A program made the position numbers and the translations under genes. Under the pieces are notes generated by a model. That model was not told the DNA's origin. It saw only the letters and a program-made list of their open reading frames with translations, and ran no database searches. A DNA stretch of 45,917 bases from a phage, in assembly GCA_014750165.1 (NCBI GenBank), contig GCA_014750165.1_4319.1, one strand, 5' to 3'. Shown here piece by piece: positions 41,207-45,917 of the stretch. Within the stretch, counting starts at the first letter, position 1. The number at the start of each line of letters is the position of its first letter.

Positions 41207-41213
41207 TAAACAA

Positions 41214-41603
41214 ATGACTACAATTTATTCAAAGGCATTATATCTTGGTAACATTGATAATGAAGACTGTGGATTCACAGTGGGTAAGAAATATAGGGTT
41301 AACCGTTTTGATACTGATGATGAAAACTATTTTTGGTGCGTAGATGATCATGATGGTTACCGTTACATAAAAAACGGAGAATTCCACAAGTTTGATATCC
41401 GCGAAGAGGGCGAGGGTTTCTTAACTGAAAGCGAATGCGCAGCCAAAGCCACTGACAATAATAAAAAACCATATCTAAGATATTACATAAACGGACATGA
41501 GGTTGACGTGATTGAGTTCGGAAATGTGGGTCGTACTGTATATGCGCTTGATCGGGATGGCGTAAAGTGCGACACAATCAAGTTCGAAGTAAAATTCGAG
41601 TAA
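41214..41603 (+). CDS. hypothetical protein (moron between TerL and portal)
   Basis: ATG 41214 follows the leader. 129 aa with its own cassette and terminator. Confidence 0.55.
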   Translation: MTTIYSKALYLGNIDNEDCGFTVGKKYRVNRFDTDDENYFWCVDDHDGYRYIKNGEFHKFDIREEGEGFLTESECAAKATDNNKKPYLRYYINGHEVDVIEFGNVGRTVYALDRDGVKCDTIKFEVKFE

Positions 41604-41624
41604 TTAAAAGCCGTGTGATAAACT

Positions 41625-41647
41625 AGCCCCTACATGGGGCTTTTTTA
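41625..41647 (+). terminator. intrinsic terminator
   Basis: AGCCCC-TACAT-GGGGCT followed by T6. Confidence 0.75.
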
Positions 41648-41659
41648 TTGGAGAAAAAC

Positions 41660-42913
41660 ATGGTTAAGACAGACAGCTACGCCAATATCTTTCTAGGCGG
41701 CAGTGATGGTAGTGAGATTTACGGGAGTTTACAGAATCAAGACCCTACAATTCTTGGTTCGCTTTATGCAAATAATGCGCTGGTGCGTCGAATCATTGAC
41801 ACAATCCCGGAAACAGCACTAGCGGCAGGGTTCCACATTGATGGTATTGATGATGAGTCAGCATTTTGGTCGCGCTGGGATGATTTAGAAATGACGCAGA
41901 ACATTAACGACGCTTGGTCATGGGCGCGATTATTTGGCGGCGCTGCAATTGTCGCTATCGTTAAGGACAATAGAGCATTAACGAGTCCGGTCAGAGAAGG
42001 TGCCGAGCTTGAAACTGTTCGCGTTTACGACCGTACGCAGGTAAAGGTACAAACTCGCGAGGAGAACCCACGCAACGCGCGATTTGGTAAGCCGCTAACC
42101 TATCGTATCACCACAAACGAAAGCGATATGTTCTACGATGTGCACTACAGCCGCATTCACATCATTGACGGAGAGCGAATTCCTAACGTAATGCGTCGGC
42201 AGAATGATGGCTGGGGCCGCAGCGTTCTATCCAGTGACATTCTTGACTCAATTAAGGATTACACCAACTGCGAACGACTGGCTACGCAGTTACTGAAGCG
42301 CAAGCAGCAAGCAGTGTGGAAGGCGAAAGGTCTGGCTGAGTTATGTGATGATAGCGAAGGATTTGGTGCCGCTAGATTACGACTTGCACAGGTTGACAAC
42401 AATAGCGGCGTTGGTCAGGCTATTGGCATTGATGCAGAGTCTGAAGAATACAGCGTTCTGAACTCTGATATTGGTGGGATTGACGCGTTCCTGGATAAGA
42501 AGTTTGACAGAATCGTTGCCCTGAGCGGAATTCATGAAATCATCCTGAAGAACAAGAACGTTGGTGGCGTGTCATCAAGCCAGAATACGGCGCTAGAGAC
42601 ATTCCATAAGCTAGTTGACCGCAAGCGTAACTCTGAGTTGCTTCCTATTCTTGAGTTCTTAATCCAGTTCATCGTTAACGTTGACGAATGGTCAGTTGAG
42701 TTTAATCCTTTAGCCCAGGAGTCCAGCAAGGATAAAGCAGAGATTCTTGAGAAGAACGTAAGCAGCATTGCGGCACTAATTGGGGCTGGCGCTATGGATA
42801 CTAACGAAGCACGTGATACACTACGCACTATCGCACCAGAGATTAAGATCTCAGATGTCGATATTGACGCCCAACAACAAGAGCCATTAGAGGAGGTCGT
42901 AATTAATGAGTAA
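41660..42913 (+). CDS. portal protein
   Basis: ATG 41660 follows GGAG. About 417 aa, placed after TerL and before the scaffold/capsid genes. Confidence 0.75.
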   Translation: MVKTDSYANIFLGGSDGSEIYGSLQNQDPTILGSLYANNALVRRIIDTIPETALAAGFHIDGIDDESAFWSRWDDLEMTQNINDAWSWARLFGGAAIVAIVKDNRALTSPVREGAELETVRVYDRTQVKVQTREENPRNARFGKPLTYRITTNESDMFYDVHYSRIHIIDGERIPNVMRRQNDGWGRSVLSSDILDSIKDYTNCERLATQLLKRKQQAVWKAKGLAELCDDSEGFGAARLRLAQVDNNSGVGQAIGIDAESEEYSVLNSDIGGIDAFLDKKFDRIVALSGIHEIILKNKNVGGVSSSQNTALETFHKLVDRKRNSELLPILEFLIQFIVNVDEWSVEFNPLAQESSKDKAEILEKNVSSIAALIGAGAMDTNEARDTLRTIAPEIKISDVDIDAQQQEPLEEVVINE

Positions 42914-43994
42914 AATCCGATATGACAGCGCAAAGGTGAAAGCTAGATTTGATGAAAACGGCTTTCTGGTTGATACCCCGATTGTTGCGCGCGTCGGGGT
43001 GCAAACCTACTACCTTCCAGATGGCACAGAACGCAGAGAATTTAGACCAGCCTCAGAGGTCTTTAAGCCTGATTCTCTGTCTAGTTATCAGGGTAAGCCA
43101 ATTACATTAGGTCATGTGTTTGTTAACTCAGAGAATGCTAAAGAGGTCGTTGTAGGTGCGGTATCTGGCTCAGCAATGCGTGAGGATTCAAATGTGATTG
43201 TTCCCCTAATTGTTTACGACAAGGAATCAATCGAGAAGGCAAAAAATGGCATTGCTGGTGAGTTATCTGTAGGTTACTCAACTGTTGACGTTGAGTCCAA
43301 AGGCTGGGGTAGTAACGAAACTGGTGAGTATAAGCTAGATGGTGAGTATCAATCACAGGATGAAATTCCTTCTGACTGGGTTAGATTCGATGCGCTGCAA
43401 ACTGAAATTAAAGTAAACCATGTCGCGCTGGTATACAAAGGAAGAGCCCAAGTAGCAAAGTTAAATTTTGACGCTCAACAGGAAAACCCGTATACTACTG
43501 ACGTTGATATCAATAAAGAGGATAAACAGGAAATGATTAAGATTAAACTCGATGGCGCGCAGGAATTTGAAGTCGCCCCTGAAGTCGCTTCTCACATCGA
43601 AGCGCTGAACGCAAAGGCTGACACTGCAATCGCAGAGCGTGATGCACTGAAAGCAAAAGTAGATGCAATGCCTTCTGAAATCGAAGCTGCAGTTGCTAAA
43701 GCGAAAGCTGACGCTGATGCTCTTGCTGCTCTGGTAGCTGTTGCTGCTGAAGCTGGTGTAAAGGCTGATGGCCTGGATGCTAAAGGCATTAAAGTTGCCT
43801 ACGTTAAAGAAATCTCCGGCCTTGATGTTAGTGAGAAATCCGATGCGTACATCGACGCGGCGTTCGACATTGCCAAAGAATCTGATAAAATGGCTGAAGT
43901 ACGTAAAGCGACTACCGCTTCCGACAAATCTGACAGCGCCGATGAGCCTAAGAAATTAGACCCACGTGCTCGTTTAGCTAAAATTAAGAAATAA
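42906..43994 (+). CDS. head scaffold/maturation protein (DUF2213-like)
   Basis: Globular N-terminus with ..AGELSVGY.. and an Ala/Lys/Asp-rich coiled-coil C-terminus typical of scaffolds. Confidence 0.55.
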   Translation: MSKIRYDSAKVKARFDENGFLVDTPIVARVGVQTYYLPDGTERREFRPASEVFKPDSLSSYQGKPITLGHVFVNSENAKEVVVGAVSGSAMREDSNVIVPLIVYDKESIEKAKNGIAGELSVGYSTVDVESKGWGSNETGEYKLDGEYQSQDEIPSDWVRFDALQTEIKVNHVALVYKGRAQVAKLNFDAQQENPYTTDVDINKEDKQEMIKIKLDGAQEFEVAPEVASHIEALNAKADTAIAERDALKAKVDAMPSEIEAAVAKAKADADALAALVAVAAEAGVKADGLDAKGIKVAYVKEISGLDVSEKSDAYIDAAFDIAKESDKMAEVRKATTASDKSDSADEPKKLDPRARLAKIKK

Positions 43995-44006
43995 GGAGTT
44001 ATAAAC

Positions 44007-44528
44007 ATGGCAATTCGTTCCGTAGCACTGGCTGGTATGATTTCTGATACTTCGCTCTATAACATCGACGGCGCTTGCGTGGTTGGTGGCGCAGCAGCCA
44101 TTCCGGTTGGCACTTTTGTTGGCGTTACATCCGCTCAGCCTGTAGATGGTCACAAGGTTGTTGGCCTTCCCGCTGTAACTGGCTCGGCAGTTAAACCTTA
44201 CGGTGTTGTTGTTAAATCTCATTACGAGACTCCAGATGGCACAGCTCGCGTAAATGAAGCAGTTAACGTAATGACTCATGGTCGAATCTGGGTTCGTACA
44301 ACTCTAGCGGCTGCGCCAGTTTTTGGTAGCAAGGTTTACGTAAACGCGAGTGGCGTTGTTGCTACTGAGGTTGCTACCACTACTTGGGAGACTGGCTTTA
44401 CATTTGCTGGCGGTTATGTGTCGGCTTACGCTGGCGGCTCTGACCCAATTAAGCAAGGTGAAAGCGTTGATGGTGCACTGGTTGAAGTTCAGTTGATTCA
44501 ATCCGCAGACTCAACCGTAGCTGCTTAA
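44007..44528 (+). CDS. putative head decoration/cement protein
   Basis: 173 aa, Gly/Val/Ala-rich, placed between the scaffold-like and major capsid genes. Confidence 0.45.
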   Translation: MAIRSVALAGMISDTSLYNIDGACVVGGAAAIPVGTFVGVTSAQPVDGHKVVGLPAVTGSAVKPYGVVVKSHYETPDGTARVNEAVNVMTHGRIWVRTTLAAAPVFGSKVYVNASGVVATEVATTTWETGFTFAGGYVSAYAGGSDPIKQGESVDGALVEVQLIQSADSTVAA

Positions 44529-44545
44529 TAATTAAGATATATAAA

Positions 44546-44568
44546 GCCTCCTTCGGGAGGTTTTTTTA
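44546..44568 (+). terminator. intrinsic terminator
   Basis: CCTCC-TTCG-GGAGG followed by T7. Confidence 0.75.
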
Positions 44569-44573
44569 TACCA

Positions 44574-44601
44574 TTGCGTGGGCTAAAAACTCGTGTATAA
44601 T
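44574..44601 (+). promoter_or_regulatory. sigma70-like promoter upstream of the capsid gene
   Basis: TTGCGT (44574-44579), 16 nt, TATAAT (44596-44601). Confidence 0.55.
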
Positions 44602-44639
44602 GAATCCGTAGACACCTAACTGAAAAGGAACAATAAAGA

Positions 44640-45581
44640 ATGGCCATTAAATTTGATGCAGAACAAGCAAAAATCACCGCTCATCTCGAGCAAATGGGCG
44701 TAGATAAGGCTGATGCCGCTGGTATCTGGACTGTTAGCCAGCTGACCGCCGCTCTTAATCGCGCTTATGAAAAAGAATATGCAGAAAACTCAGTTGTTAA
44801 TATCTTCCCTGTAACCAATGAAATCCCTGGTCATGCGAAGTATTTCGAATATCCAGAGTTTGATGGTGTTGGTATTGCTCAGATTATCGCTGATTACTCT
44901 GATGACCTGCCGCTGGTTGATGCTTTCATGACTGAGAAACAAGGTAAAGTGTTCCGTTTCGGTAACGCGTTCCTTATTTCTACCGATGAAATCAAAGCAG
45001 GCGCTGCAACTGGTCAGTCACTGTCAACTCGCAAGCAAGCCCTGGCTTTCGAAGCGCACGATAACCTGCTTGATAAACTGGTTTGGTCTGGCTCCACCCC
45101 GCACGGTATCCCTAGCGTATTCGACCACCCGAACATCAACAACGTTGTTGCTGGTACGTGGAACTCCGCAGCTGCCGCCATGACTGATATCACCGCACTT
45201 ATTGATGCGATCGAGACTTCGACCAATGGCACTCACACCGCAACCGATATCTTGCTGCCTGCTTCCGCTCGCCGCCTGATGCAAGAGCTGGTTCCTAACA
45301 CCTCTATCAGTTACGCGCAGTTGTTTGCTACCAACAACTCGGGCATCAATCTTCGTTATCTTCAGTTCCTGGATAACTACGACGGCGCAGGCGGCAAAGC
45401 AGCATTGGCATTTGAAAAAAATCCGCTTAACCTTTCGATTGAGATCCCGGAAGCCACTAACGTGCTGCCTGGGCAAGTGAAGGATTTACATATCAAGTAC
45501 CCTGTAACCTCTAAGACCACAGGATTGATTTTATATCGCCCTCTGACAGTGGCAGTAATGAAAGGTATCACCTTCGCGTGA
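44640..45581 (+). CDS. major capsid protein
   Basis: 313 aa with its own promoter and a strong terminator. Position in the head module. Confidence 0.8.
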   Translation: MAIKFDAEQAKITAHLEQMGVDKADAAGIWTVSQLTAALNRAYEKEYAENSVVNIFPVTNEIPGHAKYFEYPEFDGVGIAQIIADYSDDLPLVDAFMTEKQGKVFRFGNAFLISTDEIKAGAATGQSLSTRKQALAFEAHDNLLDKLVWSGSTPHGIPSVFDHPNINNVVAGTWNSAAAAMTDITALIDAIETSTNGTHTATDILLPASARRLMQELVPNTSISYAQLFATNNSGINLRYLQFLDNYDGAGGKAALAFEKNPLNLSIEIPEATNVLPGQVKDLHIKYPVTSKTTGLILYRPLTVAVMKGITFA

Positions 45582-45587
45582 TAAATC

Positions 45588-45610
45588 GCCCTCTTCGGAG
45601 GGCTTTTTTA
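45588..45610 (+). terminator. intrinsic terminator
   Basis: GCCCTC-TTCG-GAGGGC followed by T6. Confidence 0.8.
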
Positions 45611-45673
45611 CGTCTGTACCAAATGGATTTGTTGGGTTATAATCACTCAATCAGATAAACAAAGGAGACAAAA

Positions 45674-45917
45674 ATGATTCGTTTAGAACACACTGGCGCT
45701 TGCCTTATCGTTTACAAAGGTGAGAAATATTTGCCTGGTGACACTTTCGAGGTTGATGTAATTTGCGACGGACTCAAGCGTTTAATCGCAGAGGGTAAAC
45801 TCACTATTGAAGGTGACGCTAAAGCAACCAAGCAGATTGCGCAAGAAATTGTTAGCAAGAAAAAGCGCAAAGAACCGAAAACCATCTCCGAAGCTGAGAC
45901 TGGTAACGAGTACAAAT
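45674..45917 (+). CDS. hypothetical protein, runs off the window end
   Basis: ATG 45674 follows AAGGAGA. 81 codons plus 1 nt. The final T plus window positions 1-2 (AA) would form TAA. Confidence 0.6.
   Translation, partial: MIRLEHTGACLIVYKGEKYLPGDTFEVDVICDGLKRLIAEGKLTIEGDAKATKQIAQEIVSKKKRKEPKTISEAETGNEYK

Noticed and set aside
1-45917. A temperate lifestyle or prophage, suggested by the Rha regulator and Cor-like exclusion gene.
   Set aside because: I could recognise no integrase, excisionase, CI/Cro-like switch or att-like sequence. Gene content matches virulent T1-like phages, which also carry cor.

Overview
The window appears to be a complete, circularly closed 45.9 kb genome of a virulent T1-like (Drexlerviridae-type) siphophage of an enterobacterial host. 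The ORF running off the 3' end (45674..45917) is closed by a TAA formed across the end/start junction, and a terminator hairpin follows at 9..31. Product calls below come from remembered motifs and gene order only; no BLAST or HMM search was possible.

Gene layout:
- Neck and lambda-like tail module (45..12740, + strand): major tail protein, G/GT chaperones with an A_AAA_AAC -1 slippery site, tape measure, and M, L, K, I, J homologues.
- Leftward block convergent on J: a Cor-like lipoprotein with a coupled 320-aa unknown, a short C5-cytosine methyltransferase and a Rha regulator.
- Recombination set: RecE-like exonuclease, Erf-like annealase and SSB.
- Leftward tailspike, primase and an HTH protein.
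- Rightward SF2 helicase, VRR-NUC nuclease, metallophosphoesterase, HAD phosphatase and dNMP kinase.
- T1-type lysis cassette: holin, SAR endolysin and u-spanin.
- Leftward block containing a DUF3987-like ATPase.
- A train of very small early ORFs.
- tRNA-Arg(UCU).
- Packaging and head module: TerS, TerL, portal, scaffold/protease-like protein, decoration-like protein and major capsid.
- Three free-standing HNH-AP2 homing endonuclease paralogs.

The most striking non-genic signal is a cassette of about 70 bp present in about 20 copies at gene boundaries. It consists of an 18-bp inverted-repeat box (ATAGCAC-GAA-TTGCTAAA), an exactly 22-nt spacer holding a copy-specific hairpin, a -10-like hexamer, and a conserved leader (CATCGAAACGA). 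The box itself supplies stop codons, or a C-terminal NSTNC, to upstream genes.

Other signals:
- A control region of about 270 bp is duplicated at both strand-switch points.
- Iteron-like repeats lie beside the second copy.
- A near-consensus promoter drives a hairpin-dense 160-nt leader ahead of the tRNA.
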